The notes under the pieces: model-generated
The model's database searches: none
What the model was told of the DNA's origin: nothing
What the model saw: only the letters and a program-made list of their open reading frames with translations
Part shown: positions 1 to 10,941 of the stretch, piece by piece
How the letters are laid out: each line of letters opens with the position of its first letter
Numbering within the stretch: position 1 is the stretch's first letter
Assembly (NCBI GenBank): GCA_002009975.1
Contig: MTLP01000005.1
Span: 1-50,306, forward strand
DNA: 50,306 bases
Direction of reading: 5' to 3'
From: Thermococcus sp. JdFR-02
GTDB lineage: Archaea > Methanobacteriota_B > Thermococci > Thermococcales > Thermococcaceae
Made by a program: the position numbers and the translations under genes

Positions 1-1
1 G

Positions 2-91
2 GCTACGGTTATTTTGGCAATGGGTGACGGAAGAAAAGCGGCAAAAGCAATACACGAATACCTCCAAAAGAAGGCGAAGAAAAGTGCTTGA
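2..91 (+). CDS. 3' end of GltD/SudA-like flavoprotein (partial)
   Basis: Reads ATVILAMGDGRKAAKAIHEYL...stop, the typical C-terminus of glutamate synthase small-subunit / sulfide dehydrogenase alpha homologues. Confidence 0.75.
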   Translation, partial: ATVILAMGDGRKAAKAIHEYLQKKAKKSA

Positions 92-103
92 CTCTCTTTT
101 TCT

Positions 104-1204
104 TTAACTTTTGAAGCACTCTTCTAAAATTGGATCAGCGATTCTGTAGTAAACGTTCCTCCCCTCCTCAACTCTTTCTAAAAATGACGAATTAACCAAC
201 CCCTTAAGCAACCGTGAAAGGACACTGTCTGCTATTGTTTTTCCTTCACGCTCCTCAAGGTGATCTTTTATTCTCTCCCACGTTATCTTTCCATTTGCTA
301 CAGCTTCCATAACACGTGTATATCTCTCTTCTGCAGGCTTTCGCTTTTTTAGAAATTCATTAAACTCTTCAATTACCAGTAGCTTGGCTTCCTCAAACAC
401 TTCTTCAACCAACTCTTTTGAGGGTCTTTTTTCTAAAGATTTTATGCCAAAGAAGACGAGCCATCCCACTATACCGTCGAGTCTTTCCACAGCATATTCG
501 AGTATCTCTTCATCAACTTCACTGCCCATTTGCCTGAAGCCTTCTCTTAAAAAGTTGAGGCTTTCATCCTTGCTGAATCTCTCAAGGGTTATCTCTTTGA
601 AATATCTGCCATATAGAGGAGCTTTTGGGTTATCCATTCCTAAAAAATCATGGAGCAAACCAACTTCTGAACCTGTTAAAATCATCCTAATGTCTGAGTA
701 ATCATATAGATGAGCCAAGAGCCCTGAAAATTCTTCTCCCATTGGTCCCCGCAGATTTTGAACTTCATCAAAGGCTAAGACCACATCATATTTTTCGAGT
801 TCTTTGAATAAAGCAGCTAAATCTGTTTTTTCTTTTTTCCATGAAAAGTTAACCCCTGTTCCTAAAATTTCAAGTCCGCTTATGCTTTTTAAAACCTCTT
901 TTACACTTTCCCATATCGTGCGGTTTTGCTGGAAAAAGGTGTTCACAGCAGATTCGATTTTTTTGTAAATGTCTCTCCTAGAGTTTGGGTTAATTCCGCG
1001 AAAGTCAACTAATATGTAAGGAACTTTCATCTCGTTTAAACCCACAAGCAATAGAGAGGTTTTTCCGAGTCTTCTGACACCGGATATGACTGTTAGTGGG
1101 TTTCTCTGCTTAAGTGATTTCTCAAACTCCTTGAGTTCTTTTTCTCTGTCATATAAATCCTCCTTCCGTCTTTTCGGTCTTATATCGAAATATATAACTA
1201 CCAC
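104..1204 (-). CDS. Archaeal AAA-type ATPase (Pyrococcus/Thermococcus paralogous family) with C-terminal wHTH
   Basis: Walker A GVRRLGKTS, Walker B AFDEVQ, ILTGSEVG and PLYGR motifs; N-terminal 'DLYDREKE'. Confidence 0.85.
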   Translation of the reverse strand: MVVIYFDIRPKRRKEDLYDREKELKEFEKSLKQRNPLTVISGVRRLGKTSLLLVGLNEMKVPYILVDFRGINPNSRRDIYKKIESAVNTFFQQNRTIWESVKEVLKSISGLEILGTGVNFSWKKEKTDLAALFKELEKYDVVLAFDEVQNLRGPMGEEFSGLLAHLYDYSDIRMILTGSEVGLLHDFLGMDNPKAPLYGRYFKEITLERFSKDESLNFLREGFRQMGSEVDEEILEYAVERLDGIVGWLVFFGIKSLEKRPSKELVEEVFEEAKLLVIEEFNEFLKKRKPAEERYTRVMEAVANGKITWERIKDHLEEREGKTIADSVLSRLLKGLVNSSFLERVEEGRNVYYRIADPILEECFKS

Positions 1205-1282
1205 CCCAGTAGTTAACTACTGGGGCGGAAGTATATATAACTTTCGAAAAGGTTTATCAACATTCTGAGAAAAGCACTTCAT

Positions 1283-1339
1283 GGGCGATGAAGAGCTCTA
1301 GGGTATCTGAGAGATGATGAAGGTCAACAAGCTGAGCCT
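1283..1339 (+). ncRNA. C/D-box methylation guide sRNA
   Basis: Box C GCGATGA 1285-1291, D' CTGA 1307-1310, C' ATGATGA 1314-1320, D CTGA 1332-1335, short GGC/GCC terminal stem, then a T-tract; intergenic. Confidence 0.8.
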
Positions 1340-1402
1340 TTTTAGCTATCTTGGGAAAAGTATTTACATGACAAGAATTAATTATCCTTAGATGATGGAA
1401 AA

Positions 1403-2086
1403 ATGACCTCAAAAAATCACGAAGTGTTACGTGTATGTAGGACCAAGGCTCAGGCGAAAAAAGCCTACGACAGGATCAGCCGGTTTTACGATTATTTTGC
1501 CGGTGTCTTTGAGCGGAAGTATAGAGACAGGGCATTGGAGCTGTTGGACATTAAAAAAGGGGAAATTGTTTTAGAGATTGGCTTTGGAACAGGGCACTGC
1601 TTGAAGAAAATGGCTGAGCTGGTAGGTGAAGAGGGGAAGGTTTACGGTATTGATATTTCTTCTGGGATGTTAGAGGTTAGTAAAAAGAGACTCCAAAAAG
1701 CTGGGCTTTTGGATAGGGTCGAGCTGTACTGTGGAGATGCATCAAAGCTGCCCTATGAAGATAACAAATTTGATGCTGTTTTCATGAGCTTCACCCTTGA
1801 ACTTTTTGACACACCCGAAATTCCGAAAGTTCTTAATGAGATTAAAAGGGTCTTAAAACCTGGTGGAAGGCTTGGAGTAGTCAGCATGTCAAAAGAAGGT
1901 GGGGGATTGTTGATGAGACTGTATGAGTGGCTCCATGAAAAGCTTCCCCAATATATTGACTGCAGACCAATTTATGTTGAGCAATCAATAAGAGAAGCTG
2001 GATTCGAGATAAAGTACAAAGAAGAAGTGAGATTATTCGGGCTGCCAGGAGAGATCGTTATTGCTGTAAAGCCATCCAAACTGTAA
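1403..2086 (+). CDS. Class I SAM-dependent methyltransferase (UbiE-like)
   Basis: VLEIGFGTG, GIDIS, GDASKLPY, RVLKPGGRL motifs. Confidence 0.85.
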   Translation: MTSKNHEVLRVCRTKAQAKKAYDRISRFYDYFAGVFERKYRDRALELLDIKKGEIVLEIGFGTGHCLKKMAELVGEEGKVYGIDISSGMLEVSKKRLQKAGLLDRVELYCGDASKLPYEDNKFDAVFMSFTLELFDTPEIPKVLNEIKRVLKPGGRLGVVSMSKEGGGLLMRLYEWLHEKLPQYIDCRPIYVEQSIREAGFEIKYKEEVRLFGLPGEIVIAVKPSKL

Positions 2087-2164
2087 AAGGAACAAACAAA
2101 ATGAATGACACAAATACAACAATGTTATATACTCTTTGAGCCAACAAAAGCACGGGAGGTAAAA

Positions 2165-2826
2165 ATGCCAAAAGAGAACTTCTTTCCGGATATAATTACA
2201 AATCTGCCAAAAGCGGATATTCCAATTGAAGATATCCACTTTGTTCATTAGGGTGGCTGTGAAATGGTACATGGTCGCCAGCCTTATAGTGCATCTTTGT
2301 AATCATCGATTTTTCACCAACAGCCAACACGTCAAACGAAACTCCTTTAAACTCCCTCTTTTTAGCATCCTGCCTTTTTACTATCTCTCCACACAGCGCT
2401 CTTGGTTGTGTAGTCTCTTTTGCCTTATATCTATCTTTTTGATTAAATAAAGTCAAATCTTTGTAGCCTTTCTTAATCTTCGCACTGTGCTTGACACCTT
2501 TGGGAATAAAATATGTGTCGCCTTTTTTGAAAATGTATTTCTTGCCGTCTATGGTTAATTCGATTTCGCCATCCAAAATAACGCCCCACTGTGCCTCATG
2601 CGAATGTTCTGGAATTTCTACATCCTTTTCAAAGTTCATGAAAAGGATTTGCTGGTTTTCACCTTGAAAAAGGTACGCATGCAATCGTTGTTTCTGGAAG
2701 GATTCGATTGAGATTCGGGGAATATGATGAAATTCTCGAAGCTGGGGATAGCTATTCAATACCAGCGGGCATGGAGCATAGCGTTGATGCACTGGAAGAC
2801 TCGATAGTAATAGATTTCTTTGTTCC
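2165..2826 (+). pseudogene. Double-cupin gene disrupted by an internal inversion (2232-2686) and an IS607 insertion; the last codons lie at 4677-4698
   Basis: + strand MPKENFFPDIITNLPKADIPIE after RBS GGAGGT. The - strand carries LHAYLFQG..EHSHEAQWG..KHSA and ..FHSHPNEQSGY. The + strand resumes at 2687 with VVSGRIRLRFGEYDEILEAGDSYSIPAGMEHSV..DFFVP, and PREDYL* follows the IS. Confidence 0.85.
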
Positions 2827-2960
2827 GTTCTGCCTACCCGTTAATTGTGTGTAGTGTGTTAATTTCGTAACGGGTAGGCTTCCAGCCTCCCATCTTCATC
2901 GGCTGGCTTTCGGGGGGAACGGTGACTCCCCACATCTTCAGGGCTTTCAAGCGAATATTC
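2827..2960 (-). ncRNA. Putative TnpB omega-RNA / sense-overlapping RNA scaffold
   Basis: GC-rich hairpins in the tnpB 3' end (GGGGAGTCACCGTTCCCCCC; CCAGCC..GGCTGG) running to the IS right end; position as expected for TnpB systems. Boundaries approximate. Confidence 0.5.
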
Positions 2961-4015
2961 CAACTTCCAACAACGTCCCTATCGGCTTCAAAACCACAGT
3001 TTGAACACTTCAAAACCCTGTGCCCATTCGGGCTTAATTTACTCCCACATATCGGGCACAGGGAGGAAGTGTGAGCGGGATTTACGAAAACAACCTTAAC
3101 ACCCTTCAGTTTAGCCTTGTACTCAATGATTGATTGAAGTTTGCGAAAACTCCAGCGGTGAAGTCTCCCATTCATTTCAGCAGAGTATCTGATTGAATCC
3201 CTAATTTCAGTCAAATCCTCTAAAGCAATACCACCGTATTTCTCTGCCAACTCCACGATTTTATTCGCAAGTTTATGATACAAGTCGTTAAGCCTATTCC
3301 TCTCCCTCTCACCGTATTTTTCAAGGAGTTCTCTCCTCCTTTTGCCAGTCTTAAGTTTTTTCTGAATCTTCCTCCTCTTTACAAAATAACCCGTCCTAAT
3401 TTCCCTCTCGTGAGTTATGATTTGGACAAACTCGCCATTCGGAAGGCTTAAAGTAACATTATTCTCATTCAAGTCCACTCCAACGAAAGTGAATGGCTCT
3501 CCGATTTCAACCTCTTTTGAAAAGACCACGTTAATGAAAACTCCCTTAGGTGTTTTGATAAGCCAAGCCTGTCCAACCTTCCAGTCCCTTAACTTCTCGT
3601 GATACTTGGCTGGATAGAATTCAAAGAAAGTCCTCCCTTTGGGAGTGGAAAGTTTGATTATTCCCTTTTCAAGGTTGAGTTTGAACAAGTGGTCGTCCAG
3701 CATTATAACTTCCTTCTTAAAAACAGGCTTACCGTTGGCTTTCCCTTTCCTTTTCCTCTTCCTGTAACTCTTGTAAATTGATGTAGCCATTTGGCAAGCC
3801 GTGTAAAGGTAGTGGCTCGGTAATTGTGGGTACTTCCCTCTTAACTTTTTGTAAGTCTCTTTCTTGAGCCTTTTAAAACTGGTTATGTTGTTCTCGAAGG
3901 CAAAAGTTATGAGATAATTCACAATCTCACGGTAAGTGGAGAAAAGGTTATTTAACTCTTCAGAAAATTCCTTAAGTTTGAATTTTGCAGTGAGTTTAAT
4001 CGTCTCTGAGGGCAT
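2834..4015 (-). CDS. tnpB: TnpB RNA-guided nuclease
   Basis: RuvC motifs VGVDLN, IALEDL, ADRDVVGSWNI; zinc ribbon CPICG..CSNCG. Confidence 0.93.
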   Translation of the reverse strand: MPSETIKLTAKFKLKEFSEELNNLFSTYREIVNYLITFAFENNITSFKRLKKETYKKLRGKYPQLPSHYLYTACQMATSIYKSYRKRKRKGKANGKPVFKKEVIMLDDHLFKLNLEKGIIKLSTPKGRTFFEFYPAKYHEKLRDWKVGQAWLIKTPKGVFINVVFSKEVEIGEPFTFVGVDLNENNVTLSLPNGEFVQIITHEREIRTGYFVKRRKIQKKLKTGKRRRELLEKYGERERNRLNDLYHKLANKIVELAEKYGGIALEDLTEIRDSIRYSAEMNGRLHRWSFRKLQSIIEYKAKLKGVKVVFVNPAHTSSLCPICGSKLSPNGHRVLKCSNCGFEADRDVVGSWNIRLKALKMWGVTVPPESQPMKMGGWKPTRYEINTLHTING

Positions 4016-4604
4016 TCTTTACCGCCTCTACAAGACGCTTTTTCTTATGAGAACGCATTCCATAAAGTTTTCCAGCAAATGAAGTTACGATGGCTAACAA
4101 ATCCTCTACGAGTTCTTTTTCTGGCGTTTTCTCTTCATCATCGAAGATTACCTCGATTTCAACACCATGAGAGTTGAAGTATTGTTCGAGGTATTTGAAT
4201 CCAAAGCGTGTGAGTCTATCCCTGTAAGTTATGACGACTTTCCCAACTTCTCCACCCTCAACCAATTTGAAGAGTTGTTTTAATCCCCTTCTGTTCTCGT
4301 TCAAGCCTGATGAAATGTCGGTAAGAATTTTCACAACTTGATAACCCTTGGAGGAGCAGTAGTTTTTGAGATATTCAACCTGTCTCTCCAAGTCCTCTTT
4401 CTGGTCTCTGCTCGAAACTCTGGCATAAATGACGACCTTATCAAGAGTTTTTCCTTCAAGTAGTCTTTTGATTTCACTTTCGGGAATACGGTATTCTTTT
4501 CCAACACGATACGCTTTAATCTCGCCAGATTTAATCTTTCTAATTAGTGTTGGTTTGCTGATACCCAAGAGTTGTGATGCCTTACCTGTTCGATAGAGCC
4601 TCAT
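3996..4604 (-). CDS. tnpA: IS607 serine-recombinase transposase with N-terminal HTH
   Basis: N-terminal HTH (YRTGKASQLLGIS), catalytic YARVSS, DISSGLN, RDRLTRFG; ATG 4604 after GGAGGAG. Confidence 0.93.
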   Translation of the reverse strand: MRLYRTGKASQLLGISKPTLIRKIKSGEIKAYRVGKEYRIPESEIKRLLEGKTLDKVVIYARVSSRDQKEDLERQVEYLKNYCSSKGYQVVKILTDISSGLNENRRGLKQLFKLVEGGEVGKVVITYRDRLTRFGFKYLEQYFNSHGVEIEVIFDDEEKTPEKELVEDLLAIVTSFAGKLYGMRSHKKKRLVEAVKNALRDD

Positions 4605-4879
4605 ACAGCACTCCTCCAAAATAAATTATGAAATGAAAATATTTAAACTTTACGCTTTTAACTATTTATGAAACAGCCCTAGAGAGGACTATCTATGAAG
4701 TAACTGCTGTTTAGGAGTACTATTACCAATTAAAACCACAAGCTAATCAAGTACTGCATTTATAAACACATCCATCATTCAATATAAATTGAAAAGTTTG
4801 GGGAGGAGTACATAGAGTACATGAAAAACAAAAAAATTAATTCCTTACCTATACTAAGTGAATGGGGAAAGAAAGAAGC

Positions 4880-5284
4880 TCAAAGGCTCTCCAAATATTT
4901 GGCATAAGCTTCGGCATCCATTAGGTTCTTTAAATCTTCTTCAAGATTCTCTGGCTTAATCTTTGCAATCCATGCTTCGTATGGCTCTTCGTTAATCTTT
5001 TCTGGGGCATCTTCAAGTTCGCCGTTAACTTCAACAACTTCACCACTAACTGGGGCATATACTTCGCTCACAGCTTTAACGCTTTCAATTTCACACAAAA
5101 CTTCAAATTGCTTAACTTCTTTTCCGACCTCGGGAAGCTCAACGTATGCGACATCTCCAAGCTCTTTTTGGGCATAATCGCTGATACCAACTAAAACGTT
5201 GCCATCTTCCAAAACTTGAACCCATTCATGTTCTTTTGTATAGTAGAGACCTTCCTTAACTTTGTACTCTCCTACTTCGATCAT
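4880..5284 (-). CDS. gcvH: Glycine cleavage system H protein
   Basis: YTKEHEWV, GISDYAQKELGD, lipoyl motif IESVKAVSEVYAPVSG. Confidence 0.95.
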   Translation of the reverse strand: MIEVGEYKVKEGLYYTKEHEWVQVLEDGNVLVGISDYAQKELGDVAYVELPEVGKEVKQFEVLCEIESVKAVSEVYAPVSGEVVEVNGELEDAPEKINEEPYEAWIAKIKPENLEEDLKNLMDAEAYAKYLESL

Positions 5285-5463
5285 GAGAAACCACCAAAGC
5301 ATTTTAGGAATATAAAAGATTTAAAGCTTTCCATGAGACAGAGAGATTTACTTTCCTCTTTTCACCTTGAATATTGTTTCACAAAAGATGTTAAGGTACA
5401 AGAACTTGTTGAAGTTTTCTGTAAAACTGAAGATTTTTAACGTTTAATCTTGAAAAGAAGAAT

Positions 5464-6333
5464 ATGAAGCGCCAAGAACTTGCTTACATATACGGTATGT
5501 TAGCGGTCTTTCTATGGTCAACCGTAGCTTCGGCTTTTAAGCTATCCCTCAGATATGTGGGCTATGTTCATTTGCTGTTTTACTCTTCATTAACTTCTTT
5601 AACAGTTTTCTTTCTAATTTTGCTCTTTCAAGGAAAGCTAAGACTTTTGAGAGAAAACCCAAAAAGCCATTTTCGATCTGTAATTTTGGGCTTTTTAAAT
5701 CCCTTCTTGTACTACTTAGTCCTGTTTAAAGCATATTCCCTTCTTCCAGCCCAAGAGGCACAAGCTTTAAACTATACGTGGCCAATAATGTTGGCTTTAC
5801 TTTCAATTCCTCTGCTTAAGCAAAGGGTGACGACTAAAAACATTATCGGAATTTTAACCAGCTTTTTTGGAGTGTTAATAATCTCTACTAGAGGGGATGT
5901 GTTTTCTCTCCACTTTGCGAATCCACTAGGTTCATTGCTCGCTTTGAGTAGTGCAATCATATGGGCTCTCTACTGGATATTTAATTTGAGAGATGAGAGG
6001 GATGATCTTCTTAGAATGTTCCTAAACTTTACATTTGGCTTTATTTATACAGCTCTTGTTCTTATGATATTCTCAGGATTTTATCTTTCCCCACTGAAAG
6101 GGACTATTGGAAGTGTGTATGTTGGACTTTTTGAGATGGGGATAACATTTCTGGTTTGGCTGAAAGCCCTTAGACTCTCAAAAACAACAGCCCAAATAGC
6201 GAATCTCATATATCTAACTCCCTTTTTATCATTGGTCATTATTCATTTTGCCGTTGGAGAAAAGATTTTACCCTCAACGCTTCTTGGACTAGGTTTCATA
6301 GTTGGGGGCATAATAATAGGGCGCTCAAAATAA
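5464..6333 (+). CDS. DMT/EamA-family transporter
   Basis: About 10 hydrophobic segments in two repeats; LNYTWP and LIYLTP motifs. Confidence 0.85.
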   Translation: MKRQELAYIYGMLAVFLWSTVASAFKLSLRYVGYVHLLFYSSLTSLTVFFLILLFQGKLRLLRENPKSHFRSVILGFLNPFLYYLVLFKAYSLLPAQEAQALNYTWPIMLALLSIPLLKQRVTTKNIIGILTSFFGVLIISTRGDVFSLHFANPLGSLLALSSAIIWALYWIFNLRDERDDLLRMFLNFTFGFIYTALVLMIFSGFYLSPLKGTIGSVYVGLFEMGITFLVWLKALRLSKTTAQIANLIYLTPFLSLVIIHFAVGEKILPSTLLGLGFIVGGIIIGRSK

Positions 6334-6347
6334 AGAGAGAAAAGAAG

Positions 6348-7541
6348 TCACATCTCACGGAAGGCTCCATATTTCTTTGGATCATAGAATGGTGGTGCAA
6401 CTGTTAAAGCCTTCTTCTCCTGTCCCCTAATCTCTATCTCAATCTCAACCCCTGGCTTTGCGAACTCTGGCTTAACGAAAGCGATTCCAATACCTATACC
6501 TAATAATGGCGACATTGTTCCGCTCGTAACTTCTCCAATCAATTGACCATCCTTGTAGACTTTATAACCAGCCCTTGGAATTCCTTTATCAACCATCTTG
6601 AAGTGAACCATTTTACTTGGTAAGCCACGCTCTTTTTGCTTAAGCAAAGCATCTTTTCCAATAAATTCTTTATCCCAGAACAAAGCAAAATCCAAGTTAG
6701 CTTGTAAAGGAGTTACTTCATCAATATCTGTGCTTAAAAGTTGCAATTCTTTAGTTTCGTTTCCATACAATGTATAACCTGCTTCCAATCTCAAGGTATC
6801 TCTTGCACCCAAGCCACAGGGCTTAATGTCATACTTTTTCCCAGCTTCTAATATTTTCTCCCAGACATAGAGGGCTTTTTCAGGCTTTTCTCTCTTGCTT
6901 TCATCTGGGTGATATGGATTTGCATCTTCAAAATAAACTTCAAAGCCATTTTCTCCAGTGTAACCGCTCCTTGAGAGAATCATCTTTATTCCATCAAGCT
7001 CAACTTCTGTTGCTTTGAACCACCAAAGTTCATTAATATCAACACCAAATAGCTCCATAGCCAAATCTCTTGCTTTAGGACCTTGAATCGAGAACATAAC
7101 ATAATCATAAGTCTTATTTTCAATCTCAAGATCAAGCTTTGTGTATTGCTCAATCGCACCCTTTATACTTGTAAACCATGCATAGAGCTTTTCAAAGGCA
7201 TCGCTGTCACAAACCATCATGTAAGTATCATTACCCATGTTGAAAACTAAGGTTTCATCTTTAACAGCACCTCTTTCGTTCAAAACAAGGGTGTAGGTTC
7301 CACTAATTGCAGGTGGTCTCGAGATATCGTTTGTTGTTACATATTGCAAAAACTTTAGGGCATCTTTTCCTCTAAAGAAGATTTCACCCATATGGGATAC
7401 ATCAAAAATTCCAACGCCATTTCTAACAGCCAAGTGTTCTTCTTTAATGCTTGAATACCAAATTGGCATTTCCCAGCCAGCAAATTCTTCAACTTTTTTA
7501 GCATTTGCTTTATGCCAGTCAAAGATATGCACTCTCTTCAT
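6348..7541 (-). CDS. gcvT: Glycine cleavage system T protein (aminomethyltransferase)
   Basis: [38 protein letters not shown]. Confidence 0.95.
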   Translation of the reverse strand: MKRVHIFDWHKANAKKVEEFAGWEMPIWYSSIKEEHLAVRNGVGIFDVSHMGEIFFRGKDALKFLQYVTTNDISRPPAISGTYTLVLNERGAVKDETLVFNMGNDTYMMVCDSDAFEKLYAWFTSIKGAIEQYTKLDLEIENKTYDYVMFSIQGPKARDLAMELFGVDINELWWFKATEVELDGIKMILSRSGYTGENGFEVYFEDANPYHPDESKREKPEKALYVWEKILEAGKKYDIKPCGLGARDTLRLEAGYTLYGNETKELQLLSTDIDEVTPLQANLDFALFWDKEFIGKDALLKQKERGLPSKMVHFKMVDKGIPRAGYKVYKDGQLIGEVTSGTMSPLLGIGIGIAFVKPEFAKPGVEIEIEIRGQEKKALTVAPPFYDPKKYGAFREM

Positions 7542-7618
7542 GAGTATCACCGTAATGAAATAATTTATCCTTAATATAATACTTTCGGGTTTAAAAGAGC
7601 AAGAGAAAAGAAGAGCAC

Positions 7619-8998
7619 TCAAAATCCATAGATATGTCTTCCATATTTGACTAGTGCATAAACTGCATCAACACCATCTTCAACAGTTTCAAATACTGGA
7701 ACTCCACCTTTTTCGATTCTTCTTGCCATTCTCTCTGGATATTCTCCACCAGGAGCTACGAAAATTATTGGCTTACCGTACTTTTGCAATGCTGCAACTT
7801 TCTCAACTATTCCTTCATCAAGAGCTGGGCTTTGGAACAATGCAATAACCACAAGAGCATCGACATTTGGATCTTCTAAGGCATACCTCATAGCAATTTC
7901 ATACCTTGTGGAGGGTGCATCGCCTATAATGTCAATTGGGTTTTTATAGCTCATATGCTCTGGGAGCTTCTTCTCTTTAATATCCCTCTCAAATTTTTGT
8001 TTTGTTTCTTCACTAAGCTCTGCAATTTTCATTCCAGCTTCAATTATTCCATCGCTCATCATAACACCAGCACCGCCACCATTGGTAACTATTGCAATCC
8101 TATCGCCCTTTGCTGGTGGTTGCATTGCTAAGGCTTTTGCAAAATTAAAGAGTTGCCTCATTGACCTTGCGCCTAAAACACCTGTTTGTTCAAATGCTGC
8201 TTCATAAATTGCATAGCTTCCAGCCAGTGAACCTGTGTGTGAAGCTGCAGCTTTTGCACCTGCTTCAGTTCTTCCACTCTTTAAGACTACAACTGGCTTG
8301 ACCTTTGTTGTATCTTTAGCGGCTTTTAAGAACTTTTTACCATCCTTAACTCCCTCTAAATACAGTGTTATGACTCTTGTCTTCTCATCATCTTTTAAGT
8401 ACTCAATAAAGTCGCTTTCATCCAAATCCGCCATGTTACCTAAGCTAACGAACTTGCTCATTCCTACCTCATGCTTTGCAGCCCAGTCAAGAATTGCAGC
8501 ACCAAAAGCGCCACTTTGGCTCATGAAGGCTATTGTTCCAAAATGTGGTCTTGCTTGTCTCTCTGGTGGGTTAAAGTTACAATCAAAGCCATTCTCTAAA
8601 TTCGTCACACCTAAACAGTTTGGACCGACTAATCTAATTCCCCATTTTCTTGCCCTTCTTACCAATTCTTCTTCTAAATCCGCTCTTCCAGCCTCTTTAA
8701 ATCCAGCGCTTATAACAACTGCACCTTTGACACCTTTTTGACCACATTGGTCAATAACATCTGGAACGAACTTTGCTGGAACTGCTATGACTGCAACATC
8801 AACTTTCTCTGGAACATCTAAAATGCTTTTGTAGGCTTTTAATCCTAAAACTTCTTTCTCTTTGATGTTTATTGGGTAAACCTTTCCATTAAATTCCCGT
8901 AGAATTGACTTCATTATTGAATTCCCGATTTTTCCCTCTTTGTTTGAAGCCCCTATGACAGCAACACTTCTCGGATAGAACAAGAAATCCAAGTTCAT
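7619..8998 (-). CDS. acdA: ADP-forming acetyl/acyl-CoA synthetase alpha subunit
   Basis: [19 protein letters not shown], phospho-His motif [18 protein letters not shown]. Confidence 0.9.
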   Translation of the reverse strand: MNLDFLFYPRSVAVIGASNKEGKIGNSIMKSILREFNGKVYPINIKEKEVLGLKAYKSILDVPEKVDVAVIAVPAKFVPDVIDQCGQKGVKGAVVISAGFKEAGRADLEEELVRRARKWGIRLVGPNCLGVTNLENGFDCNFNPPERQARPHFGTIAFMSQSGAFGAAILDWAAKHEVGMSKFVSLGNMADLDESDFIEYLKDDEKTRVITLYLEGVKDGKKFLKAAKDTTKVKPVVVLKSGRTEAGAKAAASHTGSLAGSYAIYEAAFEQTGVLGARSMRQLFNFAKALAMQPPAKGDRIAIVTNGGGAGVMMSDGIIEAGMKIAELSEETKQKFERDIKEKKLPEHMSYKNPIDIIGDAPSTRYEIAMRYALEDPNVDALVVIALFQSPALDEGIVEKVAALQKYGKPIIFVAPGGEYPERMARRIEKGGVPVFETVEDGVDAVYALVKYGRHIYGF

Positions 8999-9188
8999 AC
9001 TTCCACCCCCTCTTTAATTAAGCCTATGCTCCCTTAAGGTTATCGTCTATACATGATTTTACACATGCCGATGTATGTTGGGGTTTCGTACCTTTACATT
9101 TATAAAATTTTTCTAAATTGGATATCTTGTCCATTTTTTATAGAATTCTTTTTATCTTTCAACTTCCTTTATTTTAGTGGTGGTGAAC

Positions 9189-10874
9189 ATGCTTTACAAG
9201 GACTTGGCTGAGCTCTATAAAAGGTTGGAAAAAACTACACTTAAAACACTTAAAACTCGCCTTGTTGCAGAGTTTTTAAGAGAAGTTGATAAGCCCGATA
9301 TTTTAGAAATCGTTCCATATCTAATTCTTGGAAAAGTTTTTCCAGATTGGGATGAGAGAGAATTAGGAGTTGGAGAGAAGCTTTTGATTAGGGCAGTATC
9401 AATGGCTACTGGAATTGAAGGGAGTTGGATTGAAAATTCTGTAAAAGATACTGGTGATTTAGGTGAGAGCGTTGCTTTAGCCTTACAAAAGAGGAGGCAA
9501 AAAAGCTTCTTTGGTCAGCCTTTAACAATTAAAAGAGTTTACACAACTTTTGTTAAGATTGCAGAGACACAAGGAGCGGGAAGTCAAGATAGAAAGCTGA
9601 AATATTTAGCCAATATTTTCATGGATGCCACACCGGAGGAGGGAAAATATTTGGCAAGGACGATTTTGGGGCAAATGAGAACTGGTGTTGCTGAGGGACT
9701 ACTAAGGGATGCAATAGCTCAAGCATTTAGCGTTAAAGTTGAACTTGTCGAAAGAGCTTACATGCTCACAACCGATTTTGGATATGTGGCTAAAGTAGCA
9801 AAGTTTGAGGGAAACGAAGGATTGTCAAAAGTTGAGATACAGGTTGGGAAGCCCATAAAGCCAATGTTAGCCCAAATGGCTACTAATGTTAGAGACGCTT
9901 TAGTGGAAATGGGTGGAGAAGCCGAGTTTGAAATAAAATATGATGGCGCGAGAGTTCAGGTTCATAAAGATGGGGATAGGATTATAATATACTCGAGAAG
10001 GCTGGAAAACGTTACGAAGTCTATTCCCGAAGTTGTTGAGAGGATTAAAAAGCACTTAAAGCCCGAAAAAGTTATTGTTGAAGGTGAACTGGTAGCAATA
10101 GGTGAAGGTGGAAGACCAAGACCTTTCCAATACGTTTTGAGAAGATTTAGAAGGAAATACAACATCAAAGAGATGATTGAAAAAATACCCCTTGAGCTTA
10201 ACCTTTTTGACATTCTCTACGTAGATGGAGAGAACATGATCGATACGATTTTTATTGAGCGCAGAAAAAGGCTTGAAAGTGTTGTAAATCAAGGAGATGG
10301 AGTAAAGCTTGCTGAGAATATAATTACAAAGAGTCCTGAGGAGGCTGAAGCTTTCTATAGGAAAGCTTTGGCAATGGGTCATGAGGGATTAATGGCAAAA
10401 CGTTTAGATGCAACCTATGAGCCTGGAAACAGGGGAAAAAAGTGGTTGAAGATTAAACCAACCATGGAGAACTTAGATTTGGTTATTATTGGAGCAGAAT
10501 GGGGAGAAGGTAGAAGGGCTCACGTTTTAAGCTCCTTCTTACTTGGTGCCTATGATCCAGAAAAGGGTGACTTCGTTCCAGTTGGTAAAGTTGGTAGCGG
10601 GTTTACAGATGAAGATTTGATTGAGTTTACAAAAATGCTTAAACCTTTAATAAGGGAAGAAAAAGGCAAGGAAGTAAAAATCGAGCCTAAAGTCGTCATA
10701 GAAATTGCATATCAAGAGATCCAGAAGAGTCCAAAATATGAAAGCGGCTATGCCTTGAGATTTCCAAGATACGTTGCTTTGAGGGAAGATAAGAGCCCAG
10801 AGGATGCTGATACAATAGAGAGAGTTGCCCAGCTTTATGAACTGCAAGAGAGAATGAAGGCTGGAAAGGGTTAG
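9189..10874 (+). CDS. lig: ATP-dependent DNA ligase
   Basis: EIKYDGAR (motif I), EGELV, LFDIL, EGLMAK, KWLKIK, LRFPR. Confidence 0.97.
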   Translation: MLYKDLAELYKRLEKTTLKTLKTRLVAEFLREVDKPDILEIVPYLILGKVFPDWDERELGVGEKLLIRAVSMATGIEGSWIENSVKDTGDLGESVALALQKRRQKSFFGQPLTIKRVYTTFVKIAETQGAGSQDRKLKYLANIFMDATPEEGKYLARTILGQMRTGVAEGLLRDAIAQAFSVKVELVERAYMLTTDFGYVAKVAKFEGNEGLSKVEIQVGKPIKPMLAQMATNVRDALVEMGGEAEFEIKYDGARVQVHKDGDRIIIYSRRLENVTKSIPEVVERIKKHLKPEKVIVEGELVAIGEGGRPRPFQYVLRRFRRKYNIKEMIEKIPLELNLFDILYVDGENMIDTIFIERRKRLESVVNQGDGVKLAENIITKSPEEAEAFYRKALAMGHEGLMAKRLDATYEPGNRGKKWLKIKPTMENLDLVIIGAEWGEGRRAHVLSSFLLGAYDPEKGDFVPVGKVGSGFTDEDLIEFTKMLKPLIREEKGKEVKIEPKVVIEIAYQEIQKSPKYESGYALRFPRYVALREDKSPEDADTIERVAQLYELQERMKAGKG

Positions 10875-10941
10875 CTTTTTAAACTCTTTTCTGTTTAACT
10901 TCTTTGACATTTTGCTTAGCTTTAACATTTTGGTGGTAAAA

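Larger units (their letters stand above)
2827..4676 (-). mobile_element. IS607-family insertion sequence (serine transposase TnpA + TnpB)
   Basis: tnpA and tnpB overlap. Deleting 2827-4676 restores in-frame ..DFFVPPREDYL* of the host cupin, which places the ends to within ~2 bp, in a C run (GG on the - strand). No terminal inverted repeats seen. Confidence 0.88.

Noticed and set aside
2232-2686. Programmed phase-variable invertible switch
   Set aside because: No inverted recombination sites at the breakpoints and no dedicated invertase; treated as a one-off rearrangement unless reads show both orientations.
2196-2792. 198-aa minus-strand ORF as an intact cupin gene
   Set aside because: Its N- and C-terminal parts are antisense read-through; only 2232-2686 is real coding sequence, displaced by the inversion.
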